A DNA stretch of 64,000 bases from NCBI RefSeq assembly GCF_009914755.1, contig NC_060925.1; one strand, given 5' to 3'. The first letter of the stretch is position 1; each line of letters begins with the position of its first letter. This stretch comes from the human T2T-CHM13v2.0 reference genome, Homo sapiens. Positions 18,541-34,863 of this stretch are shown piece after piece. Made by a program: the position numbers and the translations under genes. A model generated the notes under the pieces. That model searched no databases. It saw only the letters and a list, made by a program, of their open reading frames with translations, and was not told the DNA's origin.

Positions 18541-19769
18541 CTGGAAAAGATAATTTAAAAACACAGAGCTAAGGCAAATACTATTTTGAAATATAGCAAA
18601 TATTTAAATATGTCAAATATGAAATATAGTAAAATGCATAGATTTTTTTTGAAATAATCAGTATTTATCAATAATCTTTGAAACACTACCATTGAAAAAT
18701 TTTAAATGACTATAGAAGTATTCAGACTACATTAAGTAACTATGCAATAAAATGAGCTAGCATCACTTAATGTTCTCAGATCCTGTCTTTCTCTGAGACA
18801 AAAATGTTTCAGAATTCTCTGTCCAAAAGAGGGTGTTTCTTTCATAGCACTTAAAGGTCTTCAAAACCTGGCTCCAACCAAACTCAAGCCTCATCTCCAG
18901 CAACCCTTTCTCTATTTAACAGTCTACTGTTTTAGTTATATTTAACTACTGGCCAAACCCCATTGGGACTTGCACCTCCAGGAGTCTCTCAGTTTCCCCG
19001 TGCTGTTATATCTGTTTGGACCAACCAACAATTCTCTTCTTTATTTATTCTTCTTTTTAATATATTAATTTGTTTATAGCCATCTAGGTATATTATTTTC
19101 ACTTCCTTGAAGATGAAACCCATGTCTTCTTCTTTGTATATCTAATATTTATCAAAAAGACTCAAATGTTTATTGACTGAATAATAAATATATGAATAAA
19201 ATGAAATAAAAATAATTCTGAGAGGTTATTTTATATAGACAATATTTCTAATATCTACATGTACAATGAGATACAAAGCTGATATAATCCATATCTAGGA
19301 CAATATGAAACAGTAAATTTAAAAACTTTTCAAATGAAGAAAATGTAGTATAATGATTTTTAAAATTACTGACCCTTTCAGAAATAGCAAGTAAACATTT
19401 GATTTCAAGACAATAAAACCTAAAAACATTTAAACTTCCTTTTGCCTTTTCTGTGAATTACACATCAGCTTATCAACTTAAAAATTACTAAACTTTAATT
19501 ATCTTGAAAAATAAATGAAACAAGATTGGCTAAGTCTCTAGGGCTTCAGTTAAGGAATCTAATGAGAACTCTAGAATCTCTCCCATGAAAAAGGCAGATA
19601 TACAAAAAAAGACAAAATTTTCATATGATTTAAGAGCTTCAAGAACCTCTTATCTAGGTAAAAGTTTGTGGATATCTTGCAGAATTTGCATAAAAATAAC
19701 TAGCTTAATTTGAGAGAACTCTGAAGATTCTCACTAATGATGGAAAAAAAAAACTGCCTCAAAACATGT

Positions 19770-20400
19770 TTCACAGAGACAGAAAGCAGAATGGTGGCTG
19801 CCAGGAGCTGGGAGGAGGGGACACTGGGGAGTAATTGTTTAACAGATAGAGGTTCCGTTCGCAAGATGAAAAAAGTTCTGGAGATGGATGGGGGGATGAT
19901 AGTTACACAATAATATAAATGTATTTAATGCCACTAAAGTGTATACTGAAAAATGATTAAAATGATACGTTTTATGTTATGTATTTGTTATGGGCTGAAT
20001 TGTGCCCTTCAACAAACTCCAAAATTCACATTTTGAAGCCTAACCACCAGTACCTTAGAACGTGACTGTATTTGTAGACAGGGTCTTTAAAGTAGTAATT
20101 AGCTTACATGAGGTCATTAGGGTTGATCCTACTCAAATATGACTGGTATCTTTATAAGAGGAGGAGCGCAGGACACCGAGACAGTAAAGATCACATGAAG
20201 ACACTAGAGGAAAATGGCCATCTACACGTCAAGGAGAGAGACCTTAGGAGAAATCAATCCTGCTGACATCATCTAGCCTCCAGACTGTGAGGAAATACAT
20301 TTATGTTGTTTAAGCCATCCAGTCTCTGGTATTTTGTTATGGCAACCCTAGCAAACTAATATCTATTAGCATTAGATATTTTTACCTCAATTAAAAAATA
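19770..20400 (+). mobile_element. L1MB-type 3' end interrupted by MLT1B
   Basis: cagagacagaaagcagaatggtggctgccagg...aaagttctggagatggat...ttttatgttatgtat; it resumes after the LTR. Confidence 0.7.
19986..20363 (+). mobile_element. MLT1B MaLR solo LTR
   Basis: Starts tgttatgggctgaattgtg and ends tgttatggcaaccctagcaaactaata. Confidence 0.85.
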
Positions 20401-20483
20401 AACTAAAGTAAATACTCATTGACCAAAAAAAAACACAACTTGCTTTAAAGCATTTCACAGTGTATCTTTTAAAAGTTTATTTA

Positions 20484-21020
<537 letters not shown>

Positions 21021-23596
21021 TTTTCCTTCCTTATCAAGGACATTCTTAAGTGCAAATGATGTATTTTTGTTTGTTTCTTTTCTACTGTGGTCAATGGTGG
21101 GAAGAATACAGTGACCACTTGTGCAGTTTGATTCCAGTGCCTTGATTCCTGTTAAGGCACCAGCAGTTTTAATAAATATCTTCTGAAAAAATAAAAATTA
21201 AATCACTGACATTAATTCTAAGAGTATAAAAGAAATATGACAAAGTCACTCTTCATTGGCTCTTCCAAAAATCTAAAACAAGATGAAATACATTTTTTTC
21301 TCACAAAATGTCTCTTACTCAATATAAAAGATATTCTTTAGGTATACAAAAATATTTGAAATCTGGCAACTTGTTTTGAATAACTTTTTAAAATGCCATG
21401 TAGCTGTTATGAAAAATTCCAAACATGTTTCTGTATTTTTTATATTATTTTCACGGAAACATTTAAAAGTGAGCTGCAGATACCATGACAGTTCACATCT
21501 AAATATTTCAGCAAAATGTTTATCAACCAAGGATATGTCTGAAATGTTTCTTAATAACAGCAGCACTTTTTCCAAATGCAATTCACAAGTAATCTTGAGT
21601 ATCACTGTGGATATATGAGTATTTTACTTATCCAGTGTTTCATAATCAATTAAAATGATTACTCATTTTTATAATTTCTTAAAAACACATGTCCATTGCT
21701 TTCTTGCTTTATTTTGATATCAAGAAGTGTGATGCTAAATTGGTTCTATGTTAATTATTTTCATTTTTAATTACTTTTAATTTTTAAATTACTAATTTAT
21801 TGGCTTAGAAGCTCAGGCAGCTTTTATTTTCCCTTTTGTTTTAAGGTCTAATACTATATCTTAAAAGTTGATTGTTATAAATCAAGTTTCCCAGGTATAC
21901 AGGAAACAGGAGTCCTTTCAATATGGAAATTCAGATCTCATTTTATTTCAAAAAAAGTTTTATTATAACTTTAAATACCATATCTGTTAATTTTCCACTT
22001 GTTTCCTAGTTCAAGGTGTTGAACTAAATATATGGAAAATTCTCTTTCTGATCCTTTTTATTTCTCTTATTGCAGATTATTTTCTTGGCTCTTTCCATTC
22101 TTTACGTCTTTTATTGAACTTTTGGAATATCTATCTTCCCTTGTCTACCTTGTGATTTACTTTTCATTTCTGAGATGATTTTTGTCTTTTTTCACCATTT
22201 ACTTTCCCGAGTTCAGTCAGCTGCTGTTTCACATATCTTCCTGTTTGTCCATTTCAACTGTGAGTTTTTGAATGTCTGATTCATGGTGTCCTTTCATAAT
22301 GCAATTGCTTGTTTAATATAGGTTATTCGTGTTCAGATGTTTCATTTCAGTTTTCCTGTTTTGTAATTTTTCTTTGATTTCTTCCCTTTTTATTTGTGCT
22401 TTCATTCTGTGTGTGTGTAATTTACTAAGAAGATTTGATTTTAATTTTGTTTTATACTTACTGTGACTTTGTAAAGGTGCTGGCTTCTTTTTCTGTTGAG
22501 GATTATTTGTATTGGCTTTTTTAGAATGAGCAGTAACAAGTTATCTTGCAATGGAGGGTGAACGGAGTAAGCTGACTTACTAGGTTTCTCAGTTCAACAG
22601 CACCCTCTTCTGTGGCTTCACTGAAGTGTAGTTGCTTTAATAAGTGGCACTTTTTGTGGTGGGAGGGACAAGATTTGTCTTAAAAAAAAAATCATCTTGT
22701 TCCCATAGTGCCCTTATCTTCAGCTGCTTTCTTCTTTCCTTTCACCACCACGACTCCAAGGGACACCACAGCCCCACTCTGTCCTTTGCAAGGTGTCTTC
22801 CATTATCCCAGAATTCATGGTTTCCCAAGATTGTCACCTTAAGGTCATCCATACATTCTAAGCCCCATCTTGCAAATCATTATTAGTCAGGTCTCTGACA
22901 AACCATATATAATTCAGAATGAGAAAACTACAAATATTAATTTCAATTTACATGTGGCAGCCATCCTAAAGGAACCTGGAACTTTTCTCCTGTAAAATGG
23001 TAAAGTTCTCTTTTCTTAAAGTCATCCAAGTGTTCCTTTTACTTAACATTTTGAGTCATTTCAGAAGCCCCCCTAAAAGAATGTTCTTTTTCCATGATCT
23101 CTTTCCAAGGTCCTTCACTAAGAAAATCTACTTAAATAACTTAATAAGGGAATAATTTCTACATGGAAAAAGCTGTGCATTCCTTATTTTGCTTTACTAT
23201 TTTTTTAAATAGAGATTTTGTAGAAGACAACACATGGTATTTGCTTACTTTATAATAGGATTTTGACTCCAATAGAGTCATACTACCATCTCAAATGAAA
23301 AGACAATTAAAATACTGTCCAAATCCTCTGCATAAATAAAATACTCCTGGCAAATTATGAAGCCTATGAAGTTAGTCTTTACAATCCCCCTGTGCTTTCT
23401 GTATCCTTTTTCTCTTTCATGTTTATCCAGTGCCTGAAAAATCTTTCTCTTCTGTGCTATCCAAGTACTCCTAAAATAACACTGTAAAATTATTTACTGT
23501 GTCCACACAGAAGGTTCTCTCTAACTCAGAAAGAGTAAAGTTTATATTCTATAGTGCCACACTGAGATCAGACAATTCACGTATAAAATAACATAC

Positions 23597-23724
23597 AGCC
23601 AGGTATGATGGCATGTTCCTATAGTCCCAGCTACGTGGGAGATTGAGGAGGAAGGATCATTTGAGCCTAGGAATTAGATACCAGCCTGGGTTACATAGTG
23701 AGACCCCATCACAAATAAATAAAC
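23597..23724 (+). mobile_element. FLAM (free left Alu monomer)
   Basis: Single monomer with a tail and TSD ATAAAAT(A/T)ACATA. Confidence 0.8.
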
Positions 23725-25029
23725 ATAAAATTACATAGTTTATTTCAGGTAGAAGGCCAAAGCATCTTTCCAAACACTGGAAATAAAGCCAACAAAACGA
23801 ACAAGAAAGCAGAGACACTGTGCTATGCTAGAAACAAACTAAAAATTAAGAATATCAATAAATAATTAAAGACACATCATCTAGAGTAATCCAAAATCAT
23901 TAGGAAGAAATTCTCTACACATACCAAAAATAGGAAGGTAGCCCAATAGTTAGTATAACCTGTTTTGAAAATGACAGCTCAAAGAAGCACTTGAAACTAA
24001 AAGGAAATAATAGAGAAATCAAATTAATTTCTTCTTACAATCTTTGGAAAAAAGGATAGAAAAGTTCACACTCCTAAACTGCATTTTTAAATGTTCATAT
24101 AGTTATATAATAGATAACACATATTGTACAAGATATAATTGATAAACCTGAAAATTTAAAGACACTCCGAGTGAAGAAAACTGAAGTTTATTGGTCAATG
24201 GAGACAAACACAAAATGCTATTACAAATTCAGAAAGGTCCCAAGAGTCACTAAAGATTATTTTTGTGAAAACAGATTATACAGCAATGAGAAAACAATTT
24301 AATACATTATTTCCCTCAAAATGAGATCCCCTCCAAACTCCCTGCATCACTATTTTTCTAATTATCAAACTAAAAACTTGTGAGAGAAGATATGAAAATA
24401 GAACTTCAGTTAAAAGCTACTTTAAAGAAGCACAAGAAAGATGGTAAGCCAGGGAAAAAAGACATAATATGAGGCAGAGAACAGCAAGTTAAGTCCAAAG
24501 AGAACTAAGGTTACACTAATTTATGGCCCAACTGTTGATACACATCTTATTTACTGTCAGTTTCCAATGTAGTATAAAAATGCACACACCAGTTAAATAA
24601 GAAGACCTGCCAAGCAACTCAGTAAAGCTGATATAATAAAATCCCAGAAAAATAAACTCTTTTTCTCATTTGAGAGACTTTAAAAGTAACTTCTTGTATG
24701 GTAAAAATTATAGGCAGGCTTTCCAGAAGTTCACACAACCAGCTAACCTGAATGCACAAGGAACTATCTGTGTAGAGTCAAAGGCAATTCTAAAATAGTA
24801 GTGTAGAGTTCTGGGGGATGTCAGAGAAAAAACTTGTCAAAATCATTGAGCACTTACTCTGAACTCTACTAAATCTATCAGGAGTTAATGTATATTGTTC
24901 CAGTCATTTTATTTTGCTTTTACACACATATTTATATACACATGAAATATATATAGAATATCTACAAATCATTTCATTAATAAATTATACAGTGTAATTC
25001 AGCCACTAGCTTTTTTCATTCAAATGTGA

Positions 25030-25960
<931 letters not shown>

Positions 25961-25964
25961 ACAT

Positions 25965-26474
25965 TAGAATAATTATTTAGAAGTGGACTTGCTGGGTCAT
26001 AAGTTATGTACATTTTAAATTTTGCTAGAAACAAGTAAATTGCTATCCAAAATGACTGTATCAATTTATACTGCCACCAGAAATGCATTAAGTTCCTATT
26101 TCCTTTCATCATCACCACTTAAATTTTTATAAGAAATAGTATCTCATTGTTTTAATGTCCATTTCCCTTCTAAAATCACCTTTAGGTGATCACTAACATG
26201 AGTCTTTTCCTCTTCTTAAACTGTATTTCTTTTTTCTTCTATTTGGTTTGTCTTTTAAAAAATTAATATGTGGCGTTATTTCGATAATCTAGACAGAAAT
26301 TCTTTGAAATAGATGTTACAAATAACGTCACCACACTTTTTCTTCTCTTTTAACTTTGTTTGCATTGTCTTTTTTTTTTTTTTTTGCTATATATGATATT
26401 CTATTTCGTTAATCTTTGACAATCTTTTTCTATTAGCTGTGATTTGGGTAGTGTGACACCTTTCCCTACTCCTA

Positions 26475-26505
<31 letters not shown>

Positions 26506-29500
26506 GACATTCTGCAATAATTCTGATGTTTTCTTTTTGCATTTTTATCTTTAATCCATTTGTATTTTGTTTTTACGTACAGTGTAAAGGGGAAATCTAA
26601 TTTTGTTTCTCCATGGCAAACCAATTGCTTCAACGTAGAATTTTTTGACTTACCTATCCTTTCCTCCAAGTAAAACCATATCTATCACACATATATCGTT
26701 ATGCATGAGTCTGTGGGGGCTTTATAATATGTTGTATATTTATTTACCTAATCTGAACCAATATCACATTATCTGAATCATCACAACTTTAAAATAGAAA
26801 ATGCTGGTGTCAGACAGACTAAATGCCTCTCCCACCACTACTGTTCATACTCCTTAGTCATCCAAATGGCTTTGGCTTTTTCTTCCTTTACTAGTCCACA
26901 TGAATTTGATAGCCAGCTTATTACGTTCCATGAAGAATCCTAGAAAGGCAGAATGTAGTAATAGTTAAGAGAGCATACCTGGAGTCAGACAGCTAGCACT
27001 TCCACTTATGAGTTGTGTGACCAGATACAAACCTCTCCACATCTGTAGTCACATATAAAATGACTACATACTCCACAGCTGCTTTGAGGATTAAACAAGT
27101 TAATAAATTCAAAGTGCTTAGAATAGTGTTGGGTATTTATTAAATACTGGAAGTTTAAGAGAAATTGAATTGTATTTATTTACAGATAATTTAGATAAAA
27201 TTATATGATAATTTATTCTTCTCATCCCTAAACATGTTCCACCTCTCCATTTATAGGTGTTCCTTTATGATCTATAATTAATTTTATTTTGTCTCCATAA
27301 AGAAGATGTACATCTTTTAAGATGTATAATCGGGTGGCTTATAGCTTTTGTTGCTTATTTTGTATTAATACATCTATAGACACATGCATATATCTATTAT
27401 ATATAAATAATATAGGAATATATACTATTGATTTCCATGTAATGATCTTTTATCTGGCAATCTTACTAAACTCTCTTATTAAATTTAATATTGGTAGATT
27501 CACTTAGATTTTTCCATTACATAGCATCTGTGAAAAAAAGGAAGGGAGAGTTCCTGATCCTCACACCTCCTATTTCTTTTCCTTACTCCATTAGTTGAGA
27601 CTTTTTGTGCAGTAACAAATAGATGGGATTATAGCATGTATTCTTATCTTGTCCCCGATTTTCATCGAAATGCTTCTATAATTTCACACTATATAAAGTT
27701 TGCTGCTAGCTTTAGACACATTCCCTTTATTATCTCCCATTTATCTGCAGTGTCTAAGCCACATTGCCTTTTTAAAAAACATTATCATTTATGATTAATG
27801 ATTTTATTCAAATGTTTTTTCTGTATCTACTGAAATAATTACAAAATATTTCTCATTTAATGTATTGATATGATGAAATACACTAGTATATTTTCTAATC
27901 CTGAATCATTCCTGTAATTTTAAGATAATTTCTATTTGGTCATGAAATGTTTTTATACATTACTGAATTTGAATTTTATTTAAGATTTGTACATCTGTGA
28001 TCACAAGTGAGGCTGACTCTCTATTTTCTTCATTCTCTCTGTCTTGTTTTGGTTTCAGAATTATATTCGTTCCACCAAATGAGGTAGGAAGCTTTTTTAT
28101 TCTGTTCATATTATGTCAGCACCTCAAGTGGTTAATAAATGTCAAATGTAAAAACCATCTAAGTCTGCTGTCTTGTTTGCAGTTTGTTGGGAAAGGGTAC
28201 ATGTTTTATACAATTAAAAAAGGAGTATCCTTCAGTTGAAGGCTTAATTTATTTCTTTTACTTACTTTCTTTCTAAATCTAAATATTACGTTAGCCACCT
28301 CCAAAGTGATTTTTATATCCTTATACTGAAAATGTCTCATGTAAATAGCACATTTTTAGGTTATGTTTTTAATTTAGTATGACTTTTTTCTTTGAAATAG
28401 GGTACTTGGTCCAATTACATTTAATGTAATAAGTGATATAGCTGGATTTACAACTACTACCTATTTTCTATCTCCCATCTGTTTGAATTTCCTTTTTCTT
28501 CTTTTGAATCAGCCAAATATTTTATTACATCTTTTTTTCTGCTATCAACTTGATAGGTGTATTTTTACCATTATCGTAACAATTACCTTGGACATTAGAA
28601 CACCCAACTTGGACCTGGTAGTCTAATCAAACTGTTCAACATTACCATTTCTTCAATAATAGTAGTACCTTACAACACTTTGACTCCATTTGTCCTCCTG
28701 CCTTTGACCTTATTATTGTCATACATTTTAATTCTATGAATACTTTAAACTCAACAAGATGGTGGGGTTTTTTGTCTGATTAATAGTCAATTATTTTAAT
28801 TGATATATTTACTGATTCTGGCTCTCTTCATTCTTTACTGAATTTTGTTGTTTCTCTTTATAATCATTTTATTTCTGGCTGAAGAATTTCATTTAGTTTT
28901 ATTTTATTTCAAGTGCATTGGCAACAAATTCTCTGTCTGAAAAACATTTTGATTTCATCTTCACTTATGTAAGATATTTTTGCTGTGTAGAGAATGATAG
29001 GTTAAAAGTTTTCTTCCTTTCACCACTTTAAACATGTCATTCTATTGTTTTATGGTTCTGATTGTAATAATATGTCAGTATTAAAGATAATGTCAGGCTT
29101 TCCTTCTCTGTCAGGCTTTTAAGTTTGTTCTCTATGTTTTTTCAGCATTTTGACTATGATGTGGCAAATTGTGGTTTTCTTTGCATTCATTTTGCTTACA
29201 ATGAATTAACTGAATATGTGGTCCGATATATTTCATTAGTTTAGGAAAATGTTTATTATCACTTTAAATATTGTCTGTTCTTCCTTATTTTCAATCTGTC
29301 ATCTAGTTTGGGATGTTATTTACACACATGTTGGACCATTTTTCTGTGTCTAACATGTCTCGTACTGTTTGTTTTTTCTGTGCTTCAGTTTCAATATTTT
29401 CTATTGTACTGTCTTCAAGTTCACTAATTCTATCATCTTCTGTATCCAATTTGCTGTTAAGCCATCGATTGAGTTCTTAACTTCAGATACCATATTTTTC

Positions 29501-29700
29501 AATATTAGAATGTTCATTATTTTAGTTATAAGCTCTGGTGAAACTCCCCACCTTTTCATCTATTTTCAAGAATATTTTTCCTATTTTCTTGAACATCTTA
29601 AACATAGTTATTTTAAAGTTTTTGTCTACTACCTCCAAGTTCTGGATCACTTCTGAGTTTGCTTCTATATTCTGTGTTTTGTTTTTCTCTTGGTATATGA
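25965..29700 (-). mobile_element. Old, highly diverged L1M (ORF2 to ORF1) fragments with an internal MIR (about 26945-27150)
   Basis: Antisense-L1 motifs (ggacttgctgggtcata, tttaatccatttg, cttatcttgtccccgattt). Boundaries are approximate. Confidence 0.55.
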
Positions 29701-30189
29701 TTACGGTGTACTAGTAATTTTTAATTGATGGATGTAGGAAACTGCATACTTAAGAAAGGTTATATACAGTGTTATTTTCCACTTAAGAAGGTCCATGTGT
29801 TCCTCTGCTGGGCAGTTAAGAGTGATACTCTGATCACTTTTACTCATTCAGGGACTGAGCTGAATTTAGACCACCTGAAAATTTTGATAAAACTAATTCA
29901 TTACACCTTAATGTGGCCCTATTCTAATGGTGAGGCCCTTCAAGGTTTTCAGTTGAAAGCCTGGCAGGTCTTTGTCTCAACACAGAGAGAGTAAGACTAT
30001 AGAGATTTCTAATATAATTTTCAAAGGTTTCTGACTTACATTTTTGGACTATTGTCCTGCACAGCTTAAGAATTTGGCATGCCAGCCTCACTGAACTGCC
30101 AAAAGCTGTACTGATCACTCTGTCCCCGTTAGTAACCCTTTATCAGAGGCCAAGCCCAAATTCTCACCTATAGCGCAGAGGTATGTGAC

Positions 30190-30345
30190 TTTTCTATGCA
30201 ACTAATCACCTCAATCATTATAGTATGAAAGCAGCCATGATGATATGTAAATCAGTGAATAAGGCTGTTTTCCAATAAAACTTTATTTTAAAAAATAGGC
30301 AACAAGAAGATTTGGCCCATGGGCCATAGTCTGCTGACTTCTGCT
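30190..30345 (-). mobile_element. MER58A fragment
   Basis: ggctgttttccaataaaactttattt...gatttggcccatgggccatagtctgctgac. Confidence 0.7.
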
Positions 30346-32426
30346 TTTGCTGCACCCGGAAAAAGCAAGTGTACCCAAGAGAAAAAAGTGGCTAGAAACT
30401 GTCAGCATTAGTTCACCACAATCTCCAGAGCTGTCACCTCTTACCTGGTACATTCTTAAGGGGCTCTCATCCTGAAGATGTTTATCTCCTCAGTAATACA
30501 AGACTAGTAAATTCATAGCTCTGGTTATCAGATGTTTTTTGCTTAGTAATTTAGTTTCCCTTTAGTTTTAGAATTTGGCAAGTATTTTGAAAGGAAAATT
30601 GGTAATATGATTGAGGCAAATATCTTGAAAAGGAAAGTTATTTTGAGTGAATGACAATTATGTCACTCTAGCCTAACACAGTCACCAAAAATGTTGCTGG
30701 TGAAATTTCTCTATACTCTAGCAGTGGCCCACTGCCAAGCCCAGATTCTCAACCTTTGGTCTACTCCCAGAATTGGCGAATGATTACAGAGAAAAATTGG
30801 CTACAGATTCTCAGCTCATCTCTGAGAAGTTTCCCCAAATCTAGATTTTTAGATTCTCAGTCCTCATTGCTTCTACATCTGATATTTTTAAAAATACGAT
30901 TTAATCTGCCTTTCCTAATTGTTCTTGGTGAGCTCATAAGCCTACTGCAAATTATTCCATCCTGTTCAGAAGTAGAAATTGTACACTACTACTTTTGATA
31001 TTTTCATTATCACTTAGTCCCAAGTATTTTTTTAATTTTCATAGGTTTTTAAATATTATTCTAAGAATTATTCAAAGAGTGTTTTCAAATTCCCAAATAT
31101 ATGTTTTAAACAATTCTTTTTTACTCATGATTATAACTATTACACTGTGATCCGAAAAAAAATGCTCCTCAAGATTCCAACACCTTATGTTATTAAGACT
31201 TACTCTTTTGGCCTAGTATTGGTTAATATTTGTAAACATTACAGTTGGTCTTAAAGAGAATGCTTATTCCCTAATTGTTCAATTTCTTGGCTCAAGTTTA
31301 TTGATTATGTTGCTTACATTTTTAATTTTAAAACTTTTGGATGGCTCTTTTATTGGTTTCTGATAATGTAATACTGAAATATTCCATTATAATGATAAAC
31401 TTATCAACCTGTTTTTTAAATATGTAAATTTTTGTTTTAAATATTTTGTGGTTATATTACTAATTAAGAGTTTAACATGCTTTTCTCTTCCTGATGAGAT
31501 AAACCTTTACTTAGTTATCTTGCTTATGATTAATAATGTTATATGTTATATACTCTATGTACTATGTACTATGTGTATACACATATATGTATATGTACTA
31601 TGTATATATTTTACACTATAAGTATTTAAGCTTTCTTTTGGTGAGCAGTAGTTGCCTGTAATCCTTTCATTTTCAACTATTTAATATCATTATATTTTCT
31701 GTCTGTAGTTATGCCTCTTTTTATCCTAATGCAGTATTGTTATAAACTATTATTATTCACTTATTTAAAATGTGATTAAAAAATTATCATTATTTCTCTT
31801 CACTCCTTTTACTGCCTTCTCATTGATTTTTTAATTTCACTTTTTCTCCTGCAATGTTTCTGATCTTATTTCCTCTATTTCTATTCATTTATTAATCACT
31901 CTAAAAATGTAAACTGCATACTTTCCTCACTGTCTAAAGCTATTAAAATTTACAACCCTTTTCCCAAAGGAAAAAAAAAAAAAGCTGAAACTCCAGAATA
32001 CTTTAACCAATCACTTCCTCTTCTCTTACACAATGTTGTTATTAAATACATTAATACTTTGGTTTATCTTACTCCCCAAATAATTATTGTCATTGTCATT
32101 ATCATCATAATTATAAAATATATTCAGTTTTTGCTTAAATTTACTCACATTTTACCAATTTATTACAGCGTTCCTATTTACACTCAGACCTCTTTTCTGG
32201 TTCATTTCCCTTTTTCAAAAAGTGCATCCCTTTAGGTATTAAGGTATTTTGATACCAAACACTCTCAGCTTTTGCATGTTTGAAAATGTCCTTATTTTTC
32301 ATTCAGTCCTTAATGGTAGCTTAGCCAGCTTAAATTCTAAGCTAATAGTAATTTTCTCTCAGTACTTTATTGGTATTACTGTACTATCTTTTGGTTTCCG
32401 CTGTTGCTATTAAGATGTTTGCTGTC

Positions 32427-32883
<457 letters not shown>

Positions 32884-33169
32884 CTACCTTCAAAATGCAA
32901 AAGTATAAGCCATTATCTCTTATATTGCCTTTTGCTCATTCTATATTTTCTTCTCCCTGGAACTCTAATTAGACATAGCTAACAGTTTCCAATATTATCT
33001 TCATGTCTCATAACCTGTCCTAACACTTTCCATCTCTCTGTCTATATTTCATACTGAGTTATTTCTTTAGATCTATCTTATTTTACTAATTCTCCTTTCA
33101 GGTATGAGAAATCTTACAAAAATCATTAAAATCTTTTACTCTTTCCTGTATCTATTCATACCTTTTTGA

Positions 33170-33603
33170 GATACAACTTTGTAGCTCCTTCTAAGAAAAG
33201 ATACAGTCTGCTTTTCCAGCCCTTGAATTTTACTTGGATTTGTGATTCCTTCTGCACAATAGGATGCAGCAAGAATAACAGGGCTCCAGTTTCAAATCTA
33301 GGCCACAAAACGTCTTGCATGCTTTTGGGACCCATGGATAACCTCCTGGAGGATAAAGGACCACATGGGAGCTGAATCAACATCAAAAGCCCCAGAAATG
33401 TGAGATAGTATAGCCAAAATCAGAAGTCACTCACTCAACCCAAAGATGACAAATTCTGAGAAAGCACAACATAAGCTAGAAGAACCATGAAGGTTGAGCC
33501 CATCCTACATTGTCAACCCTCAGAATCAAAAGCTAAATATGTGGTTGTTATTTAGACATTAAGTTTTGGAATGGTTTGTGATGCATCAATACCTCAATAA
33601 TAT
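33170..33603 (+). mobile_element. Old MLT1 (H/I/J-type) LTR
   Basis: cagcccttgaattt...taagttttggaatggtttgtgatgcatcaata 3' motif. Confidence 0.55.
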
Positions 33604-33769
33604 GTCTATTATTTAATCTGTTTATTACATTTTTAATTTGAATAATTGTGGTTTACAAATATGAAAGTCTATTTGGCCTTTTCCAAATATGCCTCATCAT
33701 TCTTTATCATGTAATCCTTGTGTAATCCTTCATTTCTTTCTTTTGTTTTTATTTTATCTTATTTTCCTC

Positions 33770-34082
33770 TTTTATTTGTATTTTATTTTATTTTGAGACA
33801 GAGTCTTACTCTTGTCACCCAGGCTGGAGTGCAATGGCACAATCTTGGTTTGGCTCACTGCAACCTCCGCCTCCTGGATTCCAGCAATCCTCCTGCCTCA
33901 GCCTCCCGAGTAGCTGGGATTACAGGTGCATACCACCACACCCGGCTAATTTTTGTATTTTTAGTAGAGACGGGGTTTCACCATGTTGGCCAGGCTGGTC
34001 GTGAACTACTAACCTCAAGTGATTTGTCCACCTCGGCCTCCCAAAGTGCTGGGACTACAGGAGTGAGCCACCACGCCTGGCC
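33770..34082 (-). mobile_element. AluS (Sq/Sp-like)
   Basis: Full dimer with ctcttgtcaccc and gcaatgg diagnostics. Confidence 0.9.
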
Positions 34083-34186
34083 CCTTTTATTTCAAAAAAT
34101 AATTTAAATGGTTATTTTGTATTTTGTAATTGATAAGTCATATATCTAATGTTCTTGTAGGTCTAATTCTCCTGATTATTCTGTAT

Positions 34187-34863
34187 TGTGGTAAGCAAAA
34201 TTCTAAGATGACCCTCAAGATTCTTATCCCTTGGTGTTCATATGCCCTGTATTGTCCACTTTCCTGGAGAATAGGCAGGACTGTGAATAAGATAAACTTC
34301 ACTCCTATGATAAGGTTATGTTATATGACAAAAGTGAGGGAATTTTGCAAATATAATTAAGGTCTGAAATCAGTTCACACTTAGTTAATCAGAAGGAGAC
34401 TGTCCTGAATGGGCTTGACCTAACCAGGCAAACCATTAAAAGGACCATGCCCTTCCTAAAGTTAGACAGATTGAAAATAGGAGAGACTCTACTGCAGGCT
34501 TTGAAGACACAAACAGCCATACTGTGAACTGCCTTTGGAGGGGCCATGAGGCAAGGACCTAAGACAGCTTATAGAAGCTATGGATAGTGTTTGGTTAATA
34601 CTCATAAGAAAATGGGATTTCAGCCCTACATGTGCAAGGAACTGAATTTTGTCAACAATGAGTGAGCTTGGAAGAGGACGCCAAGCCTCAGATGAGACCA
34701 CAGTATCAAGTGGTCTTTTTCAGCCTGTGAAACTTTAGGTAAAGGACCCAGCCAACCTGTACGCACACTTCCAACCTACAGATACTGTGAGATAATACAT
34801 GGGTGTTGTCTTGCACTGCTGAGTTTGTGGTAGCTTGTTATACAGCAGTAGAAAACTAATACT
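34187..34863 (+). mobile_element. MLT1E-type MaLR LTR
   Basis: Starts tgtggtaagcaaaattctaagatgaccc and ends tgttatacagcagtagaaaactaatac. Confidence 0.8.
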
